Below are positions 8,981-17,163 of a stretch of 64,000 nucleotides of DNA, one piece after another. The notes beneath the pieces were generated by a model. That model made no database searches. It had not been told where the DNA came from and saw nothing but the letters and a program-made list of their open reading frames with translations. The stretch's first letter is position 1, and every line of letters begins with the position of its first letter. The stretch is from Pseudomonadota bacterium (GTDB lineage Bacteria; Pseudomonadota; Alphaproteobacteria; Caulobacterales; Hyphomonadaceae): assembly GCA_041166025.1 (NCBI GenBank), contig JBEAMJ010000040.1, positions 2,421 through 66,420 on the forward strand, given 5' to 3'. Position numbers and translations under genes: made by a program.

Positions 8981-10015
8981 CTATTGCAGAGGGATGACCC
9001 GATCCGACGTTGAATAGCGCCATTCCTGCAGCAGCGTCCGCAGCGCCGCCACGAAGGCCAGCGGTTGGTCCAGCATCACGTGATGCCGCGCTTCGGGAAT
9101 CTCGATGAAGGGGGCCTGCCGGTTGAGGAGGTCGCGCATGTAGTCGCGAACGTCCGGATCCCACAGGATCGACTTCTCGCCCTTGAACAGCGCGATCCTG
9201 CATTGTGTGGCCTTCAGGAGATCGGGCGGCTCGCGCGAGGTCGAGAAGCGCTGCCAGATGGAAGGATCGAATTTCCATGCCCAGCCATCGCCCCTCAATT
9301 CTGCGTCGGGGGCGTTGTCCTGTGGCGCCTTCCTCAGGCTCCAGCGGGCGATGTAGTCCATGATGAAGTGGTTCTCGCAGGGCTGCGGCGGGGCGAGACG
9401 AAAGCGCGCCAACGCCGCTTCGAGTGTCGGATAGACCTTGTTCCCTCGCAGGTTACCCGGCGGCCCGCGCCGCGGTCGATCGGGCGGGTTGACTGGCGAG
9501 TCAACAATCACGATGCCGCCGAAGCGGTTGCCATACTCCGCTCCGGTGAGGATGGTCACGAAGCCGCCGAAGGAATGCGCGGCGATGATCGGCTTTTCCG
9601 CATGCGCAAACAGCCCGGCCGCCTCGCAGACGGCCAACTGCTCTTTCGCGAAGGTTTCCATCACATACTGGTCGCGCCAGCCGGAATCGCCCATCCCCGA
9701 AAAGGTCATGGCGACGACGTGATAGTCTTCCATCAGGTATGGCGCGATGAAGTCCCACCAGTGCGCGTGCGCGCCATTGCCGTGAACCAGCAGCAGGCCC
9801 GGCTTCGACCGGTCGCCCCAGCTCTGGTAGTGGATGCGCGCGCCTTCGCAGTCGACGAACGCCGTCTGGTAGGGCGTCGCGACTGCATCCTCGAACCATT
9901 TCGGCGCGGGTGGACGCGCGCCCTTGTAGATCGCGAGGGGACCCTGCTCGGTCGGAATCTCCGCCGGCTGGTCGCGAACAACCTTGTCGCTCTTGTCGGT
10001 CACGCGCGCCTCCAC
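8981..10015 (-). CDS. alpha/beta hydrolase
   Basis: 344 aa. Oxyanion HG (LLVHGNGAH), nucleophile elbow AAHSFGG and C-terminal His (EARHHVM). No signal peptide. Confidence 0.8.
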   Translation of the reverse strand: MEARVTDKSDKVVRDQPAEIPTEQGPLAIYKGARPPAPKWFEDAVATPYQTAFVDCEGARIHYQSWGDRSKPGLLLVHGNGAHAHWWDFIAPYLMEDYHVVAMTFSGMGDSGWRDQYVMETFAKEQLAVCEAAGLFAHAEKPIIAAHSFGGFVTILTGAEYGNRFGGIVIVDSPVNPPDRPRRGPPGNLRGNKVYPTLEAALARFRLAPPQPCENHFIMDYIARWSLRKAPQDNAPDAELRGDGWAWKFDPSIWQRFSTSREPPDLLKATQCRIALFKGEKSILWDPDVRDYMRDLLNRQAPFIEIPEARHHVMLDQPLAFVAALRTLLQEWRYSTSDRVIPLQ

Positions 10016-10063
10016 ACCAAGCGTGAGTAGGCGCGCGCGAAAGGCAGGGCAAGCTTTCCCGGA

Positions 10064-12016
10064 TCAGCTCTTCGGCTTGAACGCAATCATTACATTTCCC
10101 GGACCCTGGCCGAACAGCCCATAGCCGGAGTTCATGATCACCAGGCCGTTTGCGGCGATGATCGAGGCGTTGTCGACTGCCGCGCCATTGCCCTTGACTC
10201 CATTGATCGTGTCGAACTCGCGCGCCGTGCTGTACTGCCAGACCAGCTTACCGGTCTTGCGCTCCAGCATGTAGACGCGGCCGTCGAGACCGCCGGTGAT
10301 GACATGGTCGCCGATCACGGTCGGCGCGCCGGAGAGGCCATAAAGGCCGGCGCAGCGCGCGACAAACTTCTTCTCCTCCGCTGTGCAGCCGCTGCTGACG
10401 TGGAATGTCCAGTCAATGGAACCGTCATTGAGGTTCACGGCATAGAGGCCCGGTTTGATCGTGTCGTCGACCTCTTGTCCCGGGATCGAGCGACCGGCGT
10501 TGGAGATCGGCGCATAGACGTGCGTGTCGTCCGCGGCGAGGCCCCAGTGGACGCCGCCCATCGCGCCGCCCGTGCCGATGTCGCGCCTCCAGACCACCTT
10601 GCCCGTGTCGGGATCCATCGCCCACACCGTGCCGGATTTCTGTCCGGCCAGGACGAGGTCCTTGCCGTTGGGCGCCTTGGCGATGATGGTCGAGGCGCCG
10701 AAGTCGACGTCGCGATAGACGGTCTCTTCCGCCTTCGGGCAGTTGAGCGCGCCGCCGCGCGGGCCGCAGCCGACATTGTAGACGTCATTGGCTGTCGCCT
10801 GGTGCGACCACTTGATCGACCCGTCCTTCATGTCGAAGGCAATGATGGCGTTGGTGTTCTTGTGCGCCGGCGCCGAGTTGGCTTCGCCGGTGCCGACATA
10901 GAGCAGGTTGCGCTTGAGATCGATCGAGGGCGAGTTCCACACCGGAGCTCCGGATGGGCCCCAGATCATCTTGCCGTCGCCGCGATCGCGGAGCGGCGTG
11001 GCGTTCTCCATCGTGTGGCCTTCCCACATGCGCTTGCCGGTCATCGCGTCGAGGGCAACCACGCCGCCGTGGATCTTGCAGCACTCATGGCTGTCTTGCG
11101 CTGCCAGCATGATCTCGTACTGCGAGGAGGGTGCAATCACCTTGTCGCCGACCAGCACAGGCGTGCCAGTCGAGATCGAGGACGGGAACAGGCCCATGTG
11201 CGAAGCCCAGAGTTCCTTGCCGTTCATCGCGTCGATCATGTGCACGAAGCCGCCCATGTCGCCGACCATGACGACGCGCTTGCCATCTTTGCGCGTGCCG
11301 AAGCCCGCGCTGGTGCGCAGCGTCTGCTTGCCTTCGTAAATCCACTGAATGCATGGCTTGGCGTTATCCGAGATGTCGAACGCGAACAGCCGATTGTTGC
11401 TCTCGCCCACGGGCAGAAAAAGTGTATTGCCGACGACCGCCGCCTGGCTCCGCATCGTGATCGCGTTCGGGAACGCCACTGCCCAGGCCAGTTCGAGGGT
11501 CGTCAGATCCTTGCCCGCGAGGCCGACTTTCGCCGGATCGAGCGTGCGCGTGTTGTTGAGGTCGAAGCCGAAGGTCGCAACTGTTGGCGCCGCATCGAGC
11601 TTTGGGGTGGCGCGCGAGGCGGGGCAGCGCATCGCCGTCGTCCAGCTGTCGTCCTGTCCGCCGCCTTGCGCGAGATAGTTGGAAACGTCCGAGACATCTT
11701 TCGACGAGAGGCCGACGGCCTGCGGAATCATGATGCCCGTCATGAGTGCGTTCGTGATGTGGCCCGGCGTCAGCCGCGCCATCGTCTCACGCGAGGGCGC
11801 CTTGGTCGCTTCAGAATTATCGTGGCAGACCGCGCAGCGGGTGGTGTAGACCGCTTCGCCCGGGTGCGGCCCGGTGGCCGCCGTTTGCACCACCGTCGTC
11901 GGCGCCTGAGGCGTGTCGACTGGGACCTGCGCCATCTCGGTTGGCGTTGTGCAGGAAACCGCCAGCGCCATCGCCGAGACAGCGGCCGCCGAAGCAAGCA
12001 TACGAAGCATGGTCAT
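10064..12016 (-). CDS. lipoprotein quinohemoprotein dehydrogenase: N-terminal cytochrome c plus PQQ-type beta-propeller (polyvinyl-alcohol-dehydrogenase-like)
   Basis: Signal peptide with lipobox (MTMLRMLASAAAVSAMALAVSC), heme motif CAVCH, then repeated propeller blades (DPDTGKVVWR, GGVHWG, GKLVWQY). About 650 aa. Start chosen at the internal ATG of track ORF 10064..12070. Confidence 0.8.
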   Translation of the reverse strand: MTMLRMLASAAAVSAMALAVSCTTPTEMAQVPVDTPQAPTTVVQTAATGPHPGEAVYTTRCAVCHDNSEATKAPSRETMARLTPGHITNALMTGIMIPQAVGLSSKDVSDVSNYLAQGGGQDDSWTTAMRCPASRATPKLDAAPTVATFGFDLNNTRTLDPAKVGLAGKDLTTLELAWAVAFPNAITMRSQAAVVGNTLFLPVGESNNRLFAFDISDNAKPCIQWIYEGKQTLRTSAGFGTRKDGKRVVMVGDMGGFVHMIDAMNGKELWASHMGLFPSSISTGTPVLVGDKVIAPSSQYEIMLAAQDSHECCKIHGGVVALDAMTGKRMWEGHTMENATPLRDRGDGKMIWGPSGAPVWNSPSIDLKRNLLYVGTGEANSAPAHKNTNAIIAFDMKDGSIKWSHQATANDVYNVGCGPRGGALNCPKAEETVYRDVDFGASTIIAKAPNGKDLVLAGQKSGTVWAMDPDTGKVVWRRDIGTGGAMGGVHWGLAADDTHVYAPISNAGRSIPGQEVDDTIKPGLYAVNLNDGSIDWTFHVSSGCTAEEKKFVARCAGLYGLSGAPTVIGDHVITGGLDGRVYMLERKTGKLVWQYSTAREFDTINGVKGNGAAVDNASIIAANGLVIMNSGYGLFGQGPGNVMIAFKPKS

Positions 12017-12188
12017 TCCTCCCGCAGGCCCCGCCGCGTCTGTCGCGCGGCGTCGGGCAGCTTTCGGCACAATCCTCCCGCGATGACGCCCGCGTCAACT
12101 GGTGACGTTGGCCCATTGCGACCGGGGGAAAGCGGTCTTTAGGTGCGCAGGCCTCCGCGGGTGACTTCCCGAGCAGGACAAAAGGCCG

Positions 12189-12884
12189 CTAGGCGGGTGG
12201 CGCATAGGCGGCCACCAGGCGGGCGAGGATCACCTCCAGCATTTCGTCAACCGTGAACTGACCGTCGCCGTTGAGGTCGAGACTTGCGTAGTATTCGTTG
12301 AGAAGCTTGGCCTTCTCCATCTCCAAGGCCTCTCCTCCGGGGCCAGTCAGATAGTCAGGGTTGCTGCGACGATGTTCCTTCCGCAGGGCCATGAGGCGTT
12401 CAACTTCGCCCACGCTCACTGCTCCATGCTTGTCTGTGTCCAGACCCGCCAATTGTTCGGTAGCCCGGCCGCGCAGTTCATTTTCGAAGCGCTCGACTGT
12501 CATCGTCCGAAGTTCGGGGTTGCCGGCCAGCATCAGCCATGGGGCAAGCTGCACCCGCTCATCACGCAGAAACGTTCGCGCACGATCGTGCCTTCGCAGC
12601 TCAAGCAGCTCGTCCGACATCGAAACTTCGCGGATTCCGAAAGGCGAACGCCACAACTCCACGCCGACTCCGTCATCGGTCACGAAACTTTCGACGGGTC
12701 GCCCGTAGCGCGCCGCCTCGGCGCCTTCGTACCGAATTTCAAGGAATGACAACTGTCCGTCGTTGTTGGCGTCGAGCCGTTTGAATGCTCCCGCAAAATC
12801 AGGCTGCGCCATCGCCGGAGCGGTCAGCATGCTCGCGCCAGCATTCATTGCAGCCGCAGCACGAAGCCTCATGACGTTCACCAT
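12189..12884 (-). CDS. secreted EF-hand calcium-binding protein (three canonical loops)
   Basis: Signal peptide ending PAMA-QPD. Twelve-residue EF loops DANNDGQLSFLE, DTDKHGAVSVGE and DLNGDGQFTVDE. Start may be M5 (12872). Confidence 0.75.
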   Translation of the reverse strand: MVNVMRLRAAAAMNAGASMLTAPAMAQPDFAGAFKRLDANNDGQLSFLEIRYEGAEAARYGRPVESFVTDDGVGVELWRSPFGIREVSMSDELLELRRHDRARTFLRDERVQLAPWLMLAGNPELRTMTVERFENELRGRATEQLAGLDTDKHGAVSVGEVERLMALRKEHRRSNPDYLTGPGGEALEMEKAKLLNEYYASLDLNGDGQFTVDEMLEVILARLVAAYAPPA

Positions 12885-12943
12885 CGCTTGCGGCGAAAGA
12901 CAATCACGGTTTGGATCGGCGGACTAGGAGGTCATCGCGTGCT

Positions 12944-14944
12944 CTACGACTTCGGCCTGAACGCCAGCAGCATGTTGCCCCCCGTCTGGCCGAACATCGC
13001 GTAGCCCGAGTTGACCAGCAGCAGGCCGTTCATCGCCGTGATCGAGTTCGAGTCGATCGCACCGCCCTTGCCCTTGACGCCATTGATCCCCTCAAACTCG
13101 CGGTTGGTGTTGTAGGACCAGAGCAGCTTTCCGGTCTTCGCGTCGTTGACATAGACCGTGCCGTCGAGCGCCGCGGTCACCACAGCGCCGTCAATGACGG
13201 ACGGCGCTGTCGAGAAGACATTCCCGCGCCATCCGCCGCGCGTGCCCGGGGCGGGGGCAGGCGTACCCGGTGGCGGCTCCGGGTTGAACTGCCACTTTAT
13301 CTTGCCCGTCTTCGCATCGAGTGCGTAGAGGCCCGGCTTGATGTTGGGGTCGCCTTCCCATTCGCCGGGGATCGGCCGGCCGACATTGGCGATCGGCGCA
13401 TAGACCGTGTCGTTGTCGAACGCGATGCCCCAGTGCACGCCGCCCAGCGGCCCACCCGTGCCCAGCGCCGTGCGCCACACCACCTTGCCGGTGTCCGGCT
13501 CGAACGCCCACACCGAGCCTGACTTCTGGCCTGCATAGAGCAGCTCCCGACCGTCGCTGGTCTTGGCCAGGATCACCGACGCGCCGAAGTCGACATCGCG
13601 ATAGACGGTCTCGGGCGCCTTCACGCAGTTGAAGCGATCGGCTCGCGGATTGAGACCGCAGCCTGAATTGAAAATGTCGTCCGGCGTGGCATGGAAGCTC
13701 CACTTCTCCTTGCCGGTCCTGAGGTCGATGGCGATCACCGCGTTGGTGTTCTTGTGCGCTGGCGGTGAATTGCTTTCGCCGGTTGCGAAGTAGACCAGCC
13801 CGCGACCTTCATCGACGACAGGCGAGTTCCAGATCGGTGCGCCCGAGGGGCCCTTCAGCATCTTGCCGTCGCCGCGATCGCGGAGCGGCTTGGCGTCTTC
13901 CATCGTGTCGTAGCGCCATTGCTGGGCGCCGGTTTTCGGATCGAGCGACAGCACATAGCCGTGGTTTGTGCAGCAATCGTGATTGTTGTCGGCCGCCACC
14001 GAAATCTCGAACTGCGCGACGGGAACGATCACCCTGTCCTTGAGGATGCTCGGCGTGCCCGTCGTCATGGAGTGCGAATAGACGCCGACCGGCTTGGTCC
14101 ACAGCGCCTTGCCTGTGCGCGGGTCGACCGCATGCACCGTCGAGTCGATGCCCGAAAACACCAGCAAGGGCGTCCCATCCGCCAAAACGCCATAGGCCAC
14201 GCTGGTGCGCAGCGGCGCTTCGCCCGGCGTCGAGTAGACCCACTGCACGCAAGGCTTGGCCGGATCGGAGAGATCGAGCGCATACATCTTCCCGGCTTCC
14301 GCCACCGGATAGAACAGGTTCTTGCCGACGATCGCGCCCTGGCTGCGCATGATCGACGCGTCGGGGAAGGCGATGCCCCACGCCAGCTTCATGTCGCCCA
14401 TCTGCGAGGTGGTGAGCCCGGCCTGCTTCGCTGTCAGCTTGCGCGTGTTGCGCCAGTCATAACCGAAATGCGTCGACGTCGCCGCGTCCGGTCCTTCAAG
14501 ATCGACGGCGGCCCGCGCGCCCGTACATTTGAGGTTCGGCGTCCAGTCGACGGTCTTCGTCGTGTCGCGCCCAGTGACATAGCTCACCACCGCCGCGCGC
14601 TGCTCGGCGGAAAGGCCGGCCGCCATGTCCTTCATCTTGCCGTTGGTCAGCGCGTAGTTCACGAACTGGAAGCTCATCGCCTTCATGTTGTCGCGCGAGG
14701 GAGAGCGGGTCGCCTCTGCATTGTCGTGGCAGATCGCGCAGGTCTGCTTGTAGACAACCTCGCCCGGGTGGACGCCTGCCGCCGCAACCGGCTTAGGAGC
14801 GACAGGCGCAGCCGGTGGTGCGGGAGCGGCTGCAACAGGCGCGGCATCCGCGATGGGCGCGACTTCCGGCGTCACGCAGGAGGCCAGCGCAAACAGGGAC
14901 GCGCACCCAAGCAGCGTCGCAAGCACGGATGTCCGCATTGTCAT
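12944..14944 (-). CDS. lipoprotein quinohemoprotein dehydrogenase, paralogue of 10064..12016
   Basis: Lipobox signal (MTMRTSVLATLLGCASLFALASC), heme motif CAICH, and the same propeller blocks (DRGDGKMLKGPSGAPIWNSP, HKNTNAVIAID, GGVHWG). Start is M113 or M115 of the track ORF, and GGAG lies 6 nt before the 14938 ATG. Confidence 0.8.
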   Translation of the reverse strand: MTMRTSVLATLLGCASLFALASCVTPEVAPIADAAPVAAAPAPPAAPVAPKPVAAAGVHPGEVVYKQTCAICHDNAEATRSPSRDNMKAMSFQFVNYALTNGKMKDMAAGLSAEQRAAVVSYVTGRDTTKTVDWTPNLKCTGARAAVDLEGPDAATSTHFGYDWRNTRKLTAKQAGLTTSQMGDMKLAWGIAFPDASIMRSQGAIVGKNLFYPVAEAGKMYALDLSDPAKPCVQWVYSTPGEAPLRTSVAYGVLADGTPLLVFSGIDSTVHAVDPRTGKALWTKPVGVYSHSMTTGTPSILKDRVIVPVAQFEISVAADNNHDCCTNHGYVLSLDPKTGAQQWRYDTMEDAKPLRDRGDGKMLKGPSGAPIWNSPVVDEGRGLVYFATGESNSPPAHKNTNAVIAIDLRTGKEKWSFHATPDDIFNSGCGLNPRADRFNCVKAPETVYRDVDFGASVILAKTSDGRELLYAGQKSGSVWAFEPDTGKVVWRTALGTGGPLGGVHWGIAFDNDTVYAPIANVGRPIPGEWEGDPNIKPGLYALDAKTGKIKWQFNPEPPPGTPAPAPGTRGGWRGNVFSTAPSVIDGAVVTAALDGTVYVNDAKTGKLLWSYNTNREFEGINGVKGKGGAIDSNSITAMNGLLLVNSGYAMFGQTGGNMLLAFRPKS

Positions 14945-15118
14945 CTCCCCTGGCCCGCCCTGTGGTTCCGAACGGGTTGCCATCAGCGGCTGCAACCTGC
15001 CCCACAGGGAAAGCGTTGCAAAGCCGCCCCGCCGGCGCACTCGCGCGGTTGTGTTTGACCGCGTGCAATCAAGCGTCACAATGCCGCTGTCGCCCGTCCG
15101 GCGGCGGAGAAGCCAGAG

Positions 15119-16369
15119 ATGCAACGCAGACTTGCCTCCGCCTTTTCGATGGCGCTCGTCCTGGCCGCCTGCGGTCCGGACTCCCAACCGGCGCCCGCGG
15201 CCCCCGCGATCCCCTCGGACTCGGTGCTCGCTCCCGCAATCCCCGTGGTGGCGCCGCTCGACTACATGCAGCCCGCTCACTGGATCTGCCGTCCTGACGC
15301 AGTCGACGCGTGCGACGAAGTCGCGCCGGTCACACGCGTGATGGCGGACGGATCACTCGAGAAACTGGCGCCTGTCGCGGCAGGCGATCCGCCGGTGGAT
15401 TGCTTCTACATCTACCCGACAATCTCGCGCGACCCATCCGGCAATTCAGACGCCACGACAGGCCTCGAAGAAAGGGAAGTCGTCCGCCAGCAGCTCTCGC
15501 ATTTCGCGCCGGCCTGTCGTCTGTTTGCACCGGTCTACCGGCAGGTGACGCTGACCGCCCTGCGAAAGCTGCGCGCCGGCGAGGACATCGCGACAAATCG
15601 CGAAATGGCCTATGCCGATGTGAAGGCTGCCTGGCGCCACTACCTCGCCAATGACAGTCAGGGCCGAGGTGTCGTCCTCATCGGCCACGATCAGGGCGCC
15701 GGCCTCCTCACCCGTCTCATCGCCGCGGAGATCGACGGCAGGCCGGAGCAGGGCAGGCTGGTCTCCGCCATCCTTCCCGGCGCCGATGTTGAGGTTCCGC
15801 AAGATGCAAACGTTGGCGGCTCGTTCGTCTCCATCCCGCTCTGCACCGGACCTGAGAGCACCGGCTGCATCATCGCCTGGTCGGCATTCCGCGTCGAAAC
15901 GCCGCCGCCCGCCGACACCCTGTTCGGCCGCGCCGCCACCGCCGGCATGAAAGTGGCTTGCGTGAACCCAGCCGATCTCGACGGTTCGGGGCAGCTCATG
16001 CCCGTTCTGCCGACAACGCCTGTCCTGTTCGAGGAGGTTGCCGATCCTGCCCCCTGGACAACGCTGCCTGAGGCCCCGCCGATCGACACCCCCTTCGTCG
16101 CCTTGCCGGGACTTCTTTCCGCCCAGTGCATCAACCGCGAGGGGGCCAGCTACCTGGCCGTCTCCGTCAACGCCGATCCGGCCGACCCACGTACCGACAC
16201 GATAAATGGAGACATAACCGTGGACAATGCGGTGCGGCCCCAGTGGGGTCTCCATCTGTTCGACCTGCACCTCGTCACGGGCAACCTGCAGGCGATGGTC
16301 AGCCGGCAGTCAGCGAAGTGGCTTGAGCAACGCGCCGCAGCCGGGCAGCTGCCAACCGACCTTCAGTAG
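15119..16369 (+). CDS. DUF3089-like lipoprotein (alpha/beta-hydrolase fold) with Asp at the nucleophile-elbow position
   Basis: Lipobox MALVLAAC. DCFYIYPT and LFAPVYRQV blocks as I recall for DUF3089. The elbow reads GHDQG rather than G-H-S-x-G. Confidence 0.65.
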   Translation: MQRRLASAFSMALVLAACGPDSQPAPAAPAIPSDSVLAPAIPVVAPLDYMQPAHWICRPDAVDACDEVAPVTRVMADGSLEKLAPVAAGDPPVDCFYIYPTISRDPSGNSDATTGLEEREVVRQQLSHFAPACRLFAPVYRQVTLTALRKLRAGEDIATNREMAYADVKAAWRHYLANDSQGRGVVLIGHDQGAGLLTRLIAAEIDGRPEQGRLVSAILPGADVEVPQDANVGGSFVSIPLCTGPESTGCIIAWSAFRVETPPPADTLFGRAATAGMKVACVNPADLDGSGQLMPVLPTTPVLFEEVADPAPWTTLPEAPPIDTPFVALPGLLSAQCINREGASYLAVSVNADPADPRTDTINGDITVDNAVRPQWGLHLFDLHLVTGNLQAMVSRQSAKWLEQRAAAGQLPTDLQ

Positions 16370-16397
16370 GCTGGCCAATCACCCTATCTTCCCGTCC

Positions 16398-16982
16398 ATG
16401 ACCGGGTGGACCATCAACGCCGCTGAACTGCGTATCCCACGCCGGTCGCGCTTTGCCGCGCACCGGATGGTGGTCATTGCAGATCCCTCGGGCCGCGCCG
16501 TTCGCCAGCTCAATGGCCTTGCATCGTGGTTTGACAACGAACTCCACGCCTGGCGCCACAAGCCGATCGGCTACCTGCCGACCGACCGTTTGCGGGGTTA
16601 CGACACCAAGACCCACCCACGCACCTTCATGCCGATCAACGGCGCCGTGTTGCCGGACTGGAACATTGCGCCGGCCATCGCCACTGGCGCCGCCCGTGTG
16701 CTCGCCGATGACCTTGATCGCGAAGGGGTTGAAGCCCGTCTCGCGCCGGCGCTCGATGCGCTTCGCCGCATCAATGCCCTCAGCAAGGGACCCGAGGGCG
16801 GGGCAGGGCTGCCTTACCCCTTCATGGGCTTCGGCCCCAACTCCAACTCCTTCTTTGCGACGATGCTGCGCGCGATGGGGTTCGCCGTCCCGACCTTTGC
16901 CAACGCGGCGTGGCTCGTGCCGGGGGCGAAGGGGCTGCTGCTGCCGGAGGACATATTGCCAGTGGTCGGCGAACGAACCTGA
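16398..16982 (+). CDS. hypothetical protein (194 aa)
   Basis: Internal ATG of track ORF 16227..16982, the first start after the upstream stop at 16369. Good GC3. Contains FGPNSNSFFATMLRAMG. No family assigned. Confidence 0.5.
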   Translation: MTGWTINAAELRIPRRSRFAAHRMVVIADPSGRAVRQLNGLASWFDNELHAWRHKPIGYLPTDRLRGYDTKTHPRTFMPINGAVLPDWNIAPAIATGAARVLADDLDREGVEARLAPALDALRRINALSKGPEGGAGLPYPFMGFGPNSNSFFATMLRAMGFAVPTFANAAWLVPGAKGLLLPEDILPVVGERT

Positions 16983-16986
16983 TCTT

Positions 16987-17085
16987 GTCATCCCGGAAGC
17001 GCGCAGCGCTATCCGGGAACCATGCTGAGAGTGCGACGGTCTCGCGATGGGTCCCGGCTCTTCGCTTCGCTGCGGCCGGGATGAC
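16987..17085. repeat. pair of inverted palindromic units (REP/MITE-like intergenic element)
   Basis: Unit 1 is gtcatcccgg-N16-ccgggaac (16987..17020). Unit 2 (17049..17085) is the reverse complement of a near-identical unit, gtcatcccgg-N16-ccgggacc. Each unit is itself a hairpin (tcccgga/tccggga and tcccggc/gccggga). Confidence 0.7.
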
Positions 17086-17163
17086 AAGCGGATTGTCTTG
17101 CCTTTCGGCCTGCAATCCCGGCATCAACCGACCGCGCCCTCCCCATTGGCGCCGGAGCGCCTA

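Noticed and set aside
10304-12142. Very long ORFs antisense to, or out of frame with, confident genes. Examples: 1606..2526(+), 2992..4080(+), 8069..8947(-), 10304..12142(+), 13919..15058(+), 22375..23367(-), 23312..25357(+), 28548..29621(-), 41168..42373(+), 47716..48651(+).
   Set aside because: Their translations are Arg/Ala/Gly/Pro-rich with no motifs. They lie opposite genes with clear family signatures. This is the usual stop-codon-poor shadow-frame effect in DNA of about 65% GC.
12189-12884. Lanmodulin-like lanthanide-binding protein.
   Set aside because: All three EF loops are canonical D-x-[DN]-x-[DNH]-G and lack the Pro at loop position 2 that characterises lanmodulin. The protein is also about twice as long. 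Only a generic EF-hand call is supported.
14945-15280. N-terminal extensions in the ORF track. Examples: 12944..15280, 10064..12070, 5811..6461, 7577..8035, 33092..34240, 39608..40870, 48582..50006, 60322..61506.
   Set aside because: The extensions are Arg/Cys-rich. They precede obvious signal peptides or conserved N-termini, and often begin at GTG or TTG. Internal ATGs with Shine-Dalgarno-like sequences fit family lengths better.
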